Source: Bryobacterales bacterium
GTDB taxonomy: Bacteria > Acidobacteriota > Terriglobia > Bryobacterales > Bryobacteraceae
Reading direction: 5' to 3'
Assembly (NCBI GenBank): GCA_963731375.1
Contig: CAVSUW010000008.1
Span: 82,920-146,919, forward strand
DNA: 64,000 bases
This document shows, in pieces, positions 34,067 to 43,741 of the stretch. The notes under the pieces were generated by a model, which ran no database searches, was not told the DNA's origin, and saw only the letters and a list, made by a program, of their open reading frames with translations. The position numbers were made by a program, and so were the translations under genes. The stretch's first letter is position 1, and each line of letters begins with the position of its first letter.

Positions 34067-36172
34067 TTGACTAAGCCGATCAAGCACGTTGAAAAAGCAG
34101 TAGCCGTGGCCGCCAACGCGGCCTGGTTTGTTTTTGACAAGCTGAATTCGATCAACCCGAACCCTTCCTTCACGCCGAAGTGGTCCGACAAGCCCTTGCT
34201 CAAGAGCTGGGAAAAGCAGAAGCCCAAGCTGGGCTGGCCGCGCGAGACCGATTCGCTCTGCCCCAAGTGCATCCCCGACATCCGCCAGCAGATCCTCGAC
34301 GGCAAGCTGCCGGTCGAGATCCTGAAGAACGAAAAGCTGGGCGAGATCAAGGCCAAGATCATCGAGAAGGACGGCAAGATCGTCATGGTGAAGGAGTGCG
34401 CCATCCACGGCCACTTCGAAGACCTGATGTCGATCGATCCCGCCTTCAGCCAGCACCTGGAAGACGTGTTCCCCGGCCGCGACATCCGCGCGCACAACGA
34501 CGAAAAGCTGCACGATCACGGTTCGAGCACCATCACGCACGGCCGCGGCTCGGTTCTGACCATCGATCTCACCAACCGCTGCAACATGATGTGCGATCCG
34601 TGCTTCATGGACGCGAACCAGGTCGGCTTCGTGCACGAGCTGACGTGGGAAGACATCAAGACGCTGCTCGACAACGCCATTTCGATCAAGCCGCGCCGCC
34701 AGCTCTCGGTGCAGTTCTCCGGCGGCGAGCCGACGCTTTCGCCGTACTTCCTGGACGCCATCCGCTATTGCCGCAAGCTCGGCTATCAGAGCGTGCAGGC
34801 CGCGACCAACGGTATCGAGTTCGCCAAGCGCCCCGAGTTCGCGAAAGAAGCCGCCGAAGCCGGTCTGCGCTACGCGTATCTGCAATTCGACGGCATCGGC
34901 AACGAAGCCAACTCGCATCGCGCCGTCGGCAACCTGTTCGACGTGAAACTGCGCGCCATCGAGAACCTGTATAGCGCCGGCGTCGACATCGTCCCGGTGA
35001 TCACGCTGATCAACGGCGTGAACAATGAGCAGGTGGGCGCCGTGGTGCGCTTCGCCCTCGACAATCCCAAGAAGATTCCGTTCCTCAGCTTCCAGCCGGT
35101 GTCCTTCACCGGACGCGACGAAGCCGTCACTCCGGAACGCCGCAACGCCCAGCGCTACACGCTGGCCAACCTGGCGCACGACGTGAAGAATCAGACCGGC
35201 CTCGGCGAGCCGGTGCGCGACTGGTTCCCGATCTCCTTCATGAGCACGTTCTCCGACTTCGCCGATCTGGTCCACGGACCGAACGCGGATTGGGGCCAGT
35301 TGAGCTGCGGTTGCCATCCCAACTGCGGCATCGGCATGGCCGTGATGTGCGACAAGGAAACCAAGGAATACCGCCCGGTCACCGCGTTCCTGAACGCCGA
35401 TCAGTTGGCTCGCGACGTCGCCAAGATCAACGATGGCGCGCGCAGCAAGAAGATGTCGGTGTTCGGCGTGTCGCTCGCGCTGCTCCGCAACTACAATCCC
35501 TACGAAGCCCCCACGCACTTCCGCCTGAGCGATCTGATCGCCAAGTTCGACAAGTGCTTCGGCATGACCGGCAAGAAGTACGGCAAGGTCACCGGCGACC
35601 GCACCATGGACGACATCGAAATGCGCCGCAAGGACCGCTGGAACTTCCTGTTCATCGCCGGCATGTGGTTCCAGGATCTGTTCAACTACGATTTCCGCCG
35701 CACCGAGCAGTGCATCATCCCCTACGCCACGCAGGAAGGCGAGATTTCCTTCTGCGCGTACAACACCGGCGTCGGCTGGCGCAACATCATCGAGAAGATG
35801 CACATGACCGCCACGCTCACCAAGTGGTACGAGGAGAAAGGCCGTCACGAAATCATCGCCGGCGGCAAGAACGTCAACCTGCCGAGCACCGAGCACAACC
35901 TGGTGCTGCGCGCCGATGACGTCAACAAGCTACGGCAGCACGATCTCGACGACCTGGGCATCGCCAAGACCGCCCGCGAAGAGAAGAAGCGCGCCCGCGA
36001 CGCCAAGCAGAAGGAAGCCGCCGAAAACGCTCACATGCTGGCGATGTACAACGAGCACGTGCTGGGCGTGAAACCGACTCCCGGCATCGTCCCGCTCAGC
36101 GCCATCGCCCCGCCGCCCCCAAGCCGGCCGCAACGCAGGAAGAAGTCGGTTCCTTCGGCGATTAGTTTCTGA
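34067..36172 (+). CDS. radical-SAM protein with auxiliary Fe-S/metal sites, tetraether lipid synthase (Tes/GDGT-MAS)-like
   Basis: Intact 701 aa. TTG start 10 nt after GGAG. N-terminal C65-x2-C68...C111-x2-H114. Radical-SAM CNMMCDPC (C172/C176/C179, nt 34580-34603). SAM motif FSGGEPT. Later Cys cluster SCGCHPNCG...C428, plus C497, C549, C563. Basic and Pro-rich C-terminal tail. Followed by a terminator hairpin. Confidence 0.8.
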   Translation: MTKPIKHVEKAVAVAANAAWFVFDKLNSINPNPSFTPKWSDKPLLKSWEKQKPKLGWPRETDSLCPKCIPDIRQQILDGKLPVEILKNEKLGEIKAKIIEKDGKIVMVKECAIHGHFEDLMSIDPAFSQHLEDVFPGRDIRAHNDEKLHDHGSSTITHGRGSVLTIDLTNRCNMMCDPCFMDANQVGFVHELTWEDIKTLLDNAISIKPRRQLSVQFSGGEPTLSPYFLDAIRYCRKLGYQSVQAATNGIEFAKRPEFAKEAAEAGLRYAYLQFDGIGNEANSHRAVGNLFDVKLRAIENLYSAGVDIVPVITLINGVNNEQVGAVVRFALDNPKKIPFLSFQPVSFTGRDEAVTPERRNAQRYTLANLAHDVKNQTGLGEPVRDWFPISFMSTFSDFADLVHGPNADWGQLSCGCHPNCGIGMAVMCDKETKEYRPVTAFLNADQLARDVAKINDGARSKKMSVFGVSLALLRNYNPYEAPTHFRLSDLIAKFDKCFGMTGKKYGKVTGDRTMDDIEMRRKDRWNFLFIAGMWFQDLFNYDFRRTEQCIIPYATQEGEISFCAYNTGVGWRNIIEKMHMTATLTKWYEEKGRHEIIAGGKNVNLPSTEHNLVLRADDVNKLRQHDLDDLGIAKTAREEKKRARDAKQKEAAENAHMLAMYNEHVLGVKPTPGIVPLSAIAPPPPSRPQRRKKSVPSAISF

Positions 36173-36186
36173 TTTAGTCTGGGCTC

Positions 36187-36220
36187 AAGGCTGCTCGCAA
36201 TGCGGGCAGCCTTTTTCATT
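36187..36220 (+). terminator. rho-independent terminator after the radical-SAM gene
   Basis: Perfect 8-bp stem AAGGCTGC/GCAGCCTT with an 11-nt loop, followed by TTTCATTT. Confidence 0.7.
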
Positions 36221-36268
36221 TGGGGGTAGAATGGCCAGATTGCGATAGGGAAATCAATAGGAGGGGAT

Positions 36269-36897
36269 ATGACGCCGACAGCAACGATCACACACTGGGC
36301 ACTCAAAGGCCAAGGTTACGAATTTTGCAACTGCGATTTCGGCTGCGGCTGCAACTTTGGAGGCTTCCCGAACTCGAAGGACGGCAGTTGCCGCGCTCTG
36401 GTGGGCGTGGATGATTGAGAGCGGCTCGTGCGGCGGCGTCGATCTCTCGGGCGTAAAGTGCGCGGGAATCTTTCGCCTGGCCGAAAGCCATTCATGAGGG
36501 CAGCGGCAAGTGCGTCTTCGTGGTCGAGCCTGGCGCGACCGACAAGCAGATCGAAGCACTCGCCCAAATCTTTACCGGAAAATTAGGCGGCATGCCTTGG
36601 GAGATTCTTGGAACCACCTTTGAAGTGACCGGACTTGTGAAAGCCAAGATTACGATTGAGGGCAGCGGCCCCAAGAGCGTGTTCAAGGCCGAAGGTATCG
36701 CTGAGGCGATCGGCGACACGTTCAAGAACCCCGTCACCGGTGAGGACCATTTCGCCAATATCGATCTTCCAGATGGATTCATCTGGAAGAAGGGCCAATG
36801 CGGTCAAGGGACTTTCAAGGCCAGCGCGGCCGGCCTGTCCGTGGGAGCCGAGAAGTCCAACTGGATTCTGTATAACTTCGACTGGTCCAACGGATAG
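36269..36897 (+). CDS. DUF1326-family protein, two frame switches
   Basis: ATG at 36269 after AGGAGGGG. WALKGQGYEFCNCDFGCGCNFGGFPNSKDGSCRAL. Then IESGSCGGVDLSGVK in a second frame. Then WPKAIHEGSGKCVFVVEPGATDKQIEALAQIFTGKLGG... to 36897. Confidence 0.65.
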
Positions 36898-36919
36898 ATC
36901 TTTTCCGAGACAACCTTTT

Positions 36920-37744
36920 TTGGAGACCATCTTTCGAAAAGAACGGCTGATCGTCGGCGGCTGCCTCGCCGTCATCGTGCTGGCCGCCTGGTGGTACCTT
37001 TTTCACACTCGCGGGTCGATGTCAAACATGAACATGTCCGATATGGACATGCGTGCGATGAACATGCCCGGCATGGATATGTCTAACATGAACATGCCGA
37101 ACATGAACATGTCGGGCACGGATCAATGGGGGCCGTCGGCCGTCCTCCTGCTCTTCGTGATGTGGACAGTGATGATGGTCGCCATGATGGTGCCCTCCGC
37201 GGCTCCGATGGTCCTCGCTTTTCTCAGCGTCAACCAACGCCGCCAAGCCGCCGGTCGAGCGTTCGTGCCGGTCGGCATCTTTCTCGCTGGATACCTGGCG
37301 ATTTGGACCGCATACTCCGCCGTCGCGACTCTAGCTCAGTGGGGATTGCATAAAGCCGCACTCCTCTCGCCTGCGATGACCGCCACCAGCCCGGTCCTGA
37401 ACGGCGGCCTGCTCATCGCGGCGGGCATCTTCCAATGGACCCCGCTCAAGCGCGGGTGCTTGAAAGGTTGCCGCTCGCCGCTCTCCTTTCTGATGAGCGA
37501 ATGGCGCGACGGCTGGTCAGGCGCCTTCATCATGGGATTGCGGCACGGTTCCTATTGCGTTGGCTGCTGCTGGATATTAATGGCCCTGCTCTTCGTCGCA
37601 GGCGTCATGAATCTGCTCTGGGTGGCCGTGATTACGATCTTCGTGCTGGCTGAGAAAACGGTGCCGCGCGGCGAATTGCTCGGTCACGTCGCAGGCGTGG
37701 CGCTAGTGGCCGCCGGTATCGGACTGATGGCGCGCGTCTGGTAA
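36920..37744 (+). CDS. DUF2182-family predicted metal-binding membrane protein with Met-rich N-terminal loop
   Basis: TTG at 36920 in the frame of ORF 36656-37744. One TM helix, then MSNMNMSDMDMRAMNMPGMDMSNMNMPNMNMSG, then helices with MWTVMMVAMMVPSAAPM and GSYCVGCCW. DUF1326/DUF2182 are commonly adjacent. Confidence 0.65.
   Translation: METIFRKERLIVGGCLAVIVLAAWWYLFHTRGSMSNMNMSDMDMRAMNMPGMDMSNMNMPNMNMSGTDQWGPSAVLLLFVMWTVMMVAMMVPSAAPMVLAFLSVNQRRQAAGRAFVPVGIFLAGYLAIWTAYSAVATLAQWGLHKAALLSPAMTATSPVLNGGLLIAAGIFQWTPLKRGCLKGCRSPLSFLMSEWRDGWSGAFIMGLRHGSYCVGCCWILMALLFVAGVMNLLWVAVITIFVLAEKTVPRGELLGHVAGVALVAAGIGLMARVW
37019..37116 (+). repeat. imperfect ATG-AAC-ATG-type coding microrepeat (Met-rich tract)
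   Basis: 14 Met codons in 33 codons, built from atgaacatg / atggacatg / atggatatg units. Confidence 0.9.
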
Positions 37745-37793
37745 ACCGCCGCGAATTTGGCAGCCGTGCGAAACTAGACTCGAATCCGAGCTC

Positions 37794-38258
37794 ATGCGGC
37801 AACTTTCGAAACGCACACAATACAGCCTGCGCGCGCTCTACGCGCTCACTCGCCACTATGGCGAGGGCCCGCAGTTGATCACCAGCCTGGCGCACGACGA
37901 AATCATTCCCAAGAAGTTCCTGGAGCAGATATTGGTGGCCCTCAAAAGCGGAGGCTTCGTGGCCAGCAAGAAGGGTAAAGGCGGCGGCTATGTGCTGGCG
38001 CAGCCACCCGAAAAAATCACCATCGGCGCTGTCATCCGAGCCATCGAAGGGCCGCTCGCGCCGCTGCCCTGCGCCAGTGAAACGCGCTTTCGCAAGTGCG
38101 ATGAGTGCCCCGATATCCAAACCTGCGGAACGCAGCATGTGATGCGCCGCGTGCGCGACTCTATCGCAGCCATTCTGGACGAAACCACTCTAGCGATGGT
38201 GTGCAGCGAAGTCGAGCAGGCTCAGCGCCAGCGAAATAGGGAGCTTATAAACCTTTAG
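37794..38258 (+). CDS. Rrf2-family transcriptional regulator
   Basis: Intact 154 aa. [20 protein letters not shown]..., [10 protein letters not shown]. Three Cys: C-x8-C-x2-C...C ([20 protein letters not shown]). Confidence 0.9.
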   Translation: MRQLSKRTQYSLRALYALTRHYGEGPQLITSLAHDEIIPKKFLEQILVALKSGGFVASKKGKGGGYVLAQPPEKITIGAVIRAIEGPLAPLPCASETRFRKCDECPDIQTCGTQHVMRRVRDSIAAILDETTLAMVCSEVEQAQRQRNRELINL

Positions 38259-39188
38259 TGTCTTCGCGACTCGCCACATCCCTGTGCGGAATTCCGCTGA
38301 AGACGCCGGTACTCGCGGCCTCCGGCACCTTCGCTTACGGCGTCGAGTTGCAGGAGGTGGTGGACCTGGCCGAACTCGGCGGCATCATCACCAAGGGACT
38401 GTCGCGCGAACCGATGGACGGCAATCCGGCGCCGCGGCTCTACGAAACCGAAGCCGGGATGATGAACTCAGTAGGCCTGCAGAACATCGGCGTGCGGGCT
38501 TTCGTGAGCGACAAGCTGCCGGCGCTGCGCGCGATTCCAACACCGGTCTTCGCCAACGTATTCGGCTACGCGGTGGAAGATTACGTCGAAGTCGTGAAGG
38601 TTCTGGAGGACGCCGAAGGCCTGGCGGGCTACGAGCTGAACGTCTCCTGCCCCAATACCAAGCACGGCGGAATGGTGTTCGCCTGCGACCCGGGACTGCT
38701 CAGCGAAGTGGTGTCCGCGGCGCGCGCGGTGATCAAGCAGCGGCCTCTGCTGGTGAAGTTGTCTCCCAACGTGACACGCATTCAGGAGGTGGCGAAAGCC
38801 GCCGCGGAGGCTGGCGCGGATGCATTATCGCTAGTGAATACGTTCGTCGCGCTGGCGATCGACGCGCATACCCGCACAGCCGCGACTGGGCAACGGCTTC
38901 GGCGGACTCTCGGGACCGGCCATCAAACCCATCGCGCTGCGCATGGTCTACGAAGCGGCGCAAGCGGTGAAGATTCCGATTGTCGGGCTGGGCGGAATCG
39001 CCACCGGCACCGATGCGGCCGAGTTCCTGATCGCCGGAGCGAGCGCCGTCGAAGTCGGCACCGCCAATTTCTGGGACCCGCAAGCCCCGCTGCGGATTGC
39101 CCGCGAGCTAGACCAGTTCCTGGAGCGCGAAAAAGTGGCGCGAGCGGCCGATCTCACCGGCACGCTACGATTCTCAAGAGACTTATGA
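38258..39188 (+). CDS. pyrD: dihydroorotate dehydrogenase, class 1 (catalytic Cys), one frame switch
   Basis: [42 protein letters not shown], then after a switch near 38880: [25 protein letters not shown] start. Confidence 0.9.
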
Positions 39189-39565
39189 AAAAAATCATTT
39201 CGACGGAGCGGGCCCCGAAAGCCATCGGGCCCTATTCGCAAGCGGTGATCTCGAATGGCTGGGCGTTCCTGAGCGGGCAGATTCCGCTCGACCCCGCAAC
39301 CAATCAGATCGTCGAGGGCGGAATCGGCGTGCAGACCGAGCGCGTGATCGAGAATCTGAAGAGTGTGCTGGAAGCCGCCGGTTCGTCATTGGACCGCGTG
39401 GTCAAGACCACCGTCTATCTGAAAGACATGGGCGAGTTCGCGATCATGAACGAGGTCTACGGGCGATATTTCGCAAGCAACGCCCCAGCCCGTGCAACCG
39501 TCGAAGTAGCGCGGCTGCCGAGAGACGTGAGAGTCGAGATCGATTGCATCGCAGGCGTGGACTAA
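39185..39565 (+). CDS. ridA: RidA/YjgF-family reactive-intermediate deaminase
   Basis: Intact 126 aa. [12 protein letters not shown]...[43 protein letters not shown] overlap with pyrD. Confidence 0.95.
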   Translation: MKKIISTERAPKAIGPYSQAVISNGWAFLSGQIPLDPATNQIVEGGIGVQTERVIENLKSVLEAAGSSLDRVVKTTVYLKDMGEFAIMNEVYGRYFASNAPARATVEVARLPRDVRVEIDCIAGVD

Positions 39566-39586
39566 AGCGCGTCCCCGCCGCTCACA

Positions 39587-40705
39587 TCATTTCTTCGGCT
39601 TCCCGTATCCCTGCCACAGATATTCCAGCGCCTCCGGCAGCGTTTGCTGTTTCACGGTGCGGTCGGTGTGCCCGGCGTTGCGCGCAAATACAAATTGATA
39701 ATGATAGCCCTTGGCCGCGAGCACCTTGGCCATCTCTTCGTTCGCCACGACCCAGTCGTGCATTTCGTCGCGCATGACATTCGGATTGTACAGGTCCCGG
39801 TCGCCCACTTCCATCCACAGCCGAATCGGCTTGACTGGGCTCTCCGGGATCAGGTGTCTATGAAATTCCCATGCGCCGCCGGGAGTCTCAGGATTCGGCG
39901 GCCACTGCTGGTTCACATACGTGCCCGAGTACGTCAGAACGCGGTGATAGAGTTCCGGGTGATACCACGCCATGATCAACGCGCAGGAACCGCCGGAACT
40001 GCCGCCCATGGTCGCGCGGCCCTCGGGATCTTTCGTCAATTTCACGCTGTATTGTTTCTCGACCAGCGGCAGCACTTCGGTTTCGACGAACTCCGCGTAG
40101 CGTGGCGACATGGTGTCGTATTCCAAGCCGCGCTCGCTGCCTTGCGCGTCGCCGCTGCCGTTGCTGATGGAGATCGCGATCATCGCGGGCACTCGTTTCT
40201 GGGCGATCAGATTATCCAGCGCCGCGAACAGCAGCGGATCGGGTCCGTCCGCACCGACAATGAACGGCGCGGCGCTGCCGGGGACGTATTGCTTCGGAAC
40301 ATACACCGCGACTCGGCGCGTGTAGGGCGCTGGATGACTGGTGGTCACGATCAGCTTGGCCGGATCGTTGGGATCGGCCGTGCCGAAGGTGCCCGGTTCG
40401 CGCGCGATGCCGGGATAAAGTTTGCTGTCCGCCGAATTCATCGTGAAGTTGTAGATGGTTCCCTGCGGCACGCCTTCCTGGACCGCCATCTCCGGCGCAG
40501 GGTTGTGCGTCGGCCCGATGATGAAATTCCCATCGGCGTCCGCGGGAGCGTTGGCCCCGTCAGGCAATTCTTTCGCGGTGACATAACCGGGAGTGTGCGG
40601 ATCGCGCGTCGGCGGCGTCGGACGTGCCGGCGGCGCTGGCGGCGGAGTTTGCGCGAAGGCAGTGGTCAGGGAGATCAGGGTTGCGATGCTGAGAAGACGG
40701 AACAT
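39587..40705 (-). CDS. secreted esterase (enterochelin-esterase-like alpha/beta hydrolase)
   Basis: Intact 372 aa. Signal peptide MFRLLSIATLISLTTAFAQ, Pro-rich linker, RVAVYVPKQY, nucleophile elbow MGGSSGGSCA, GHTD. Confidence 0.75.
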   Translation of the reverse strand: MFRLLSIATLISLTTAFAQTPPPAPPARPTPPTRDPHTPGYVTAKELPDGANAPADADGNFIIGPTHNPAPEMAVQEGVPQGTIYNFTMNSADSKLYPGIAREPGTFGTADPNDPAKLIVTTSHPAPYTRRVAVYVPKQYVPGSAAPFIVGADGPDPLLFAALDNLIAQKRVPAMIAISISNGSGDAQGSERGLEYDTMSPRYAEFVETEVLPLVEKQYSVKLTKDPEGRATMGGSSGGSCALIMAWYHPELYHRVLTYSGTYVNQQWPPNPETPGGAWEFHRHLIPESPVKPIRLWMEVGDRDLYNPNVMRDEMHDWVVANEEMAKVLAAKGYHYQFVFARNAGHTDRTVKQQTLPEALEYLWQGYGKPKK

Positions 40706-40723
40706 GGGACGTCCTTTCGTGAA

Positions 40724-42618
40724 CTACTTCGCCGCGTATGAAAGAGCGATCGAAGCCATCGCCGTCCCCGCCTGCGAAATCCATTGGTCGTGTTCGTAGG
40801 GAAATCCGCTCTGGAAATACGGCTGGAATCCCAAGCGCTCGCGTGGCCACGTGCCAGGTGCCGTCTTCCTGCTGCGTGCGGAGCAAGAATTCGACGCCCC
40901 GCCGATAAACCGGGTCGGACGCGCTCATTCCAGTTTCGTGGAGCGCCCACAGTGCTTCGCCGGTCGCATAACCGTCCGAAGCGAGATTGTCAGTTTGCCC
41001 CCAGCCACCATCGGCGCCCTGTTTTGCGATCAGCTGTTGGCTATATTTCGATGGCGCTTTGCGTCCGGCCCACGCGATACCCAGAAGCTGCATGCTGCGA
41101 TCCTCCGTGCTGCGCGGCTCGGCCGCTTCCAGCCACTTCGCGGCGCGCTCGACACGCTCGTCAAACTCAGCCTTGCGCCCAGCGATAGCATACTGGCGCA
41201 AGACACGGATGGCCTTCGCAGTTTGCGTGAAGCTGCCGTCTTCGAGCGGAGGCCGGACGGCGCCGAAGAGCGGCCAATCGCCTTCTTTGCGCTGCAAGGC
41301 GGCAGTGTAGTGAACCATCGAATCGGTGGATAGAGTCGGAGGCACGTTCGCAGCAGCTAACTGCATGAGTGAGAACTCCATGCCATCGACGCCGGGCGGG
41401 GGATCCTGAAGCTGGAACATCTCCTGATCCAAAAGTCCTCGCAGAGTAGCGGTAGCAGCGGCCCTGCGATCCTCCAGCGGGTAATCGGCCGGAATGCCAA
41501 GAGGCTTGGCGCTAGAGACTGCGATGCCGTTGAGATGGTCGGCATGGCAGGAGACGCAGCCGCCCGTCATGACAAAATTGGCTGCGGCGGGCTGGCATAC
41601 GGCCAGCGCTTTGGCGATTGCCTCGCGCGGTGTGCGGCGCGGCGAACCTGCGGGCGCTCGGTCCTCAAGCTTCGCGGGCGAGAGACCCAGCAGCGGAAGA
41701 ATAGCCGGATCCTGGTAGCGGCGCGCCCACTCGAGAGCCGGTTCGCGGTCCGCGCCCTTGTCCAGAAGCAGCTTCACGATTTTCGGATTGGGACGGTCCG
41801 TCGCCACGGCGAATACCAAAGGCGTCGCGTTGCGAACGTCCTTCGCGTTGACATCGGCGCCGGCCTTGAGAAGCGCTTCGGTAGCTTCGATAGTTGGCCT
41901 GCGCAGCGAATTGCAGAGGAGTCAGGTGGCCCAGCTTAATGGCGCCGTTCTTGACCATCTCTATGGTGTCGCCGCTCTTCGCATTGACCTTGGCGCCGTG
42001 CTCGATCAGCAGCTTGACCATCGCCGCGTTGTGGTCGCCATTGCCTGCGGCATCCAGCAGCGGGGTGAAGCCGAGCTCATCCGCGTTGTTGACGTTAGCA
42101 CCCTTGGCGATCAGGATCCGAGCGAGTTCGATATTGTTCGCGGCCGCCGCGAGTTCGAGAACACTAGTACCGCTCTTGTCGCGAGCATTGACGTCCGCGC
42201 CCTTTTCAAGCAATAGGCGAGCGGCTTCGATGGCGCCATCGTTGTAAGCGTTGATGAGGAGCGGAGTGCGGCCAAGCTTCGAGCGCGCATCGGTTTTCGC
42301 GCCTTTGGAGAGCAGCAGCCGGACCTTGGCCGCGTCTCCGGCGCACCACATAAGAGGCGTCGCGTCGAAATTGTTGGCGACGTTGGGATCGGCGCCGGCG
42401 TCGAGCAGCAGGCGCATGCTTTCCAGGCTGCCCAGCGCGGCGGCGTACATCAGCGGTGAGTTGCCGCGGGCGTCACGGGCGGCAGGTCCCGGTTCGCGGA
42501 TAAGCTGGCGCAGAGCGGCCAGATCGTTGTTGCGGATCGGCAGATAGAAAGGGCTGACTTCGGCCGCCGGGCAAAGCGCGGCGACTGCCATAGCAAGGAG
42601 CACGATGCGTATTTTCAT
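40724..42618 (-). CDS. secreted ankyrin-repeat / CxxCH haem-motif / prenyltransferase-squalene-cyclase-like toroid-repeat protein, frame-disrupted
   Basis: Signal peptide MKIRIVLLAMAVAALCPA. At least 7 ankyrin repeats (GNSPLMYAAALGSLESMRLLLDAGADPN ...). GGCVSCHADH. Toroid repeats QRKEGDWP, KQGADGGWGQ, RTQQEDGTWH. The inferred native end FQPYFQSGFPYEHDQWISQAGTAMASIALSYAAK-stop is at 40724. Confidence 0.65.
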
Positions 42619-42733
42619 GTTCTCTCCAACATTGGTCCCCGGTAACTGGGCGGTAAGGATTAAGTCGAGTCTACAACAAAGACATGTCCGAAGTGTTTTC
42701 AGGTCATCACGCTATAATAGGGCTGGGGATATT

Positions 42734-43718
42734 ATGAATATCGTTCGATTCCTCCGGATGTCCGCGCACCTGCAGATGATGCCGGTGTTGGAGAGCGGCG
42801 AAGAAACGCTCGTCGGCGGGCAGGCCGTGATGGAAGGCGTGATGATGCGCGCACCGCACAGCTATTGCGTGGCCGTGCGCAAGCCCTCGGGCGAAATCGT
42901 CACCGAAGAGCAGCCTATCGAGCGGATGTCCGAAAAATACCCGCTGTTCAAGAAGCCGATTCTGCGCGGGTTTGGGCATGCTGGGGCAGGCGATGACGCT
43001 GGGTTATCGCGCACTCAAGTTTTCGGCCAACGCGGCGCTCGACGACGGCACCGCGAAAGAAGGCGCCAAGCCCGCTGAACTTTCTTCCTGGCTGATGACC
43101 GCGAACCTGGTGTTCTCTCTCGGGTTCTTCATCTTTCTCTACAAATTCGTCCCGCTGTTCCTGGCCACCAGGCTGGGCCATGCGGTTCCGTCGCTCTCCG
43201 GACGCTTCGCCACCAATATGACCGACGGCGTCATCCGCATGGCGATTTTCCTGGCGTTTCTGTTCCTGATCTCGCGCCTGAAAGAAATTCGCCGCGTGTT
43301 TGAATACCACGGCGCGGAGCACAAAGTGGTCTTCAACTTCGAATCGCGCCAGCCGCTGACCGTCGATAACGCACAGAAGTTCGTGACCTTTCATCCGCGC
43401 TGCGGGACCAGTTTCCTGCTGGTGGTGATGGTGATCTCGATGATCGTTTACGCGCTGCTGCCCTTCGATTCGTTCACCGCGAAATTCCTGGCGCGTATCG
43501 CGCTGCTGCCGCTGATCACAGGACTCAGCTATGAATTGATCCGCTTCGCCGCCAAGCGCCAAGGGACTGCAATGGGCCTGCTGACCGCTCCCGGCCTGTG
43601 GCTGCAGCGCATCACGACGAAGCCGCCGGACGATCGCGAAGTCACCGTGGCGATCCATGCTCTGGAAGGCGCGATGGCGCTCGAAGCCAAGCAGGGCGGC
43701 GAGCTGGTCATCGCTTAA
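42734..43718 (+). CDS. DUF1385-family membrane protein (commonly linked to prfA-prmC), one frame switch
   Basis: [56 protein letters not shown]. Switch near 42970. Confidence 0.8.
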
Positions 43719-43741
43719 GCGCTGCGCGACGGAGTCGACCC

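Noticed and set aside
34040-35896. 618-aa ORF on the minus strand, antisense to the radical-SAM gene
   Set aside because: Its composition is Ala/Gly/Arg/Val/Leu-rich, typical of shadow frames in high-GC DNA. It has no motifs, and the plus-strand frame carries clear radical-SAM signatures, an RBS and a terminator.
37019-37116. A repetitive atgaacatg DNA tract that could be mistaken for a microsatellite or a CRISPR-like array
   Set aside because: It is in-frame coding sequence for the Met-rich loop of the DUF2182 protein. The units are 9 nt, degenerate and lack spacers.
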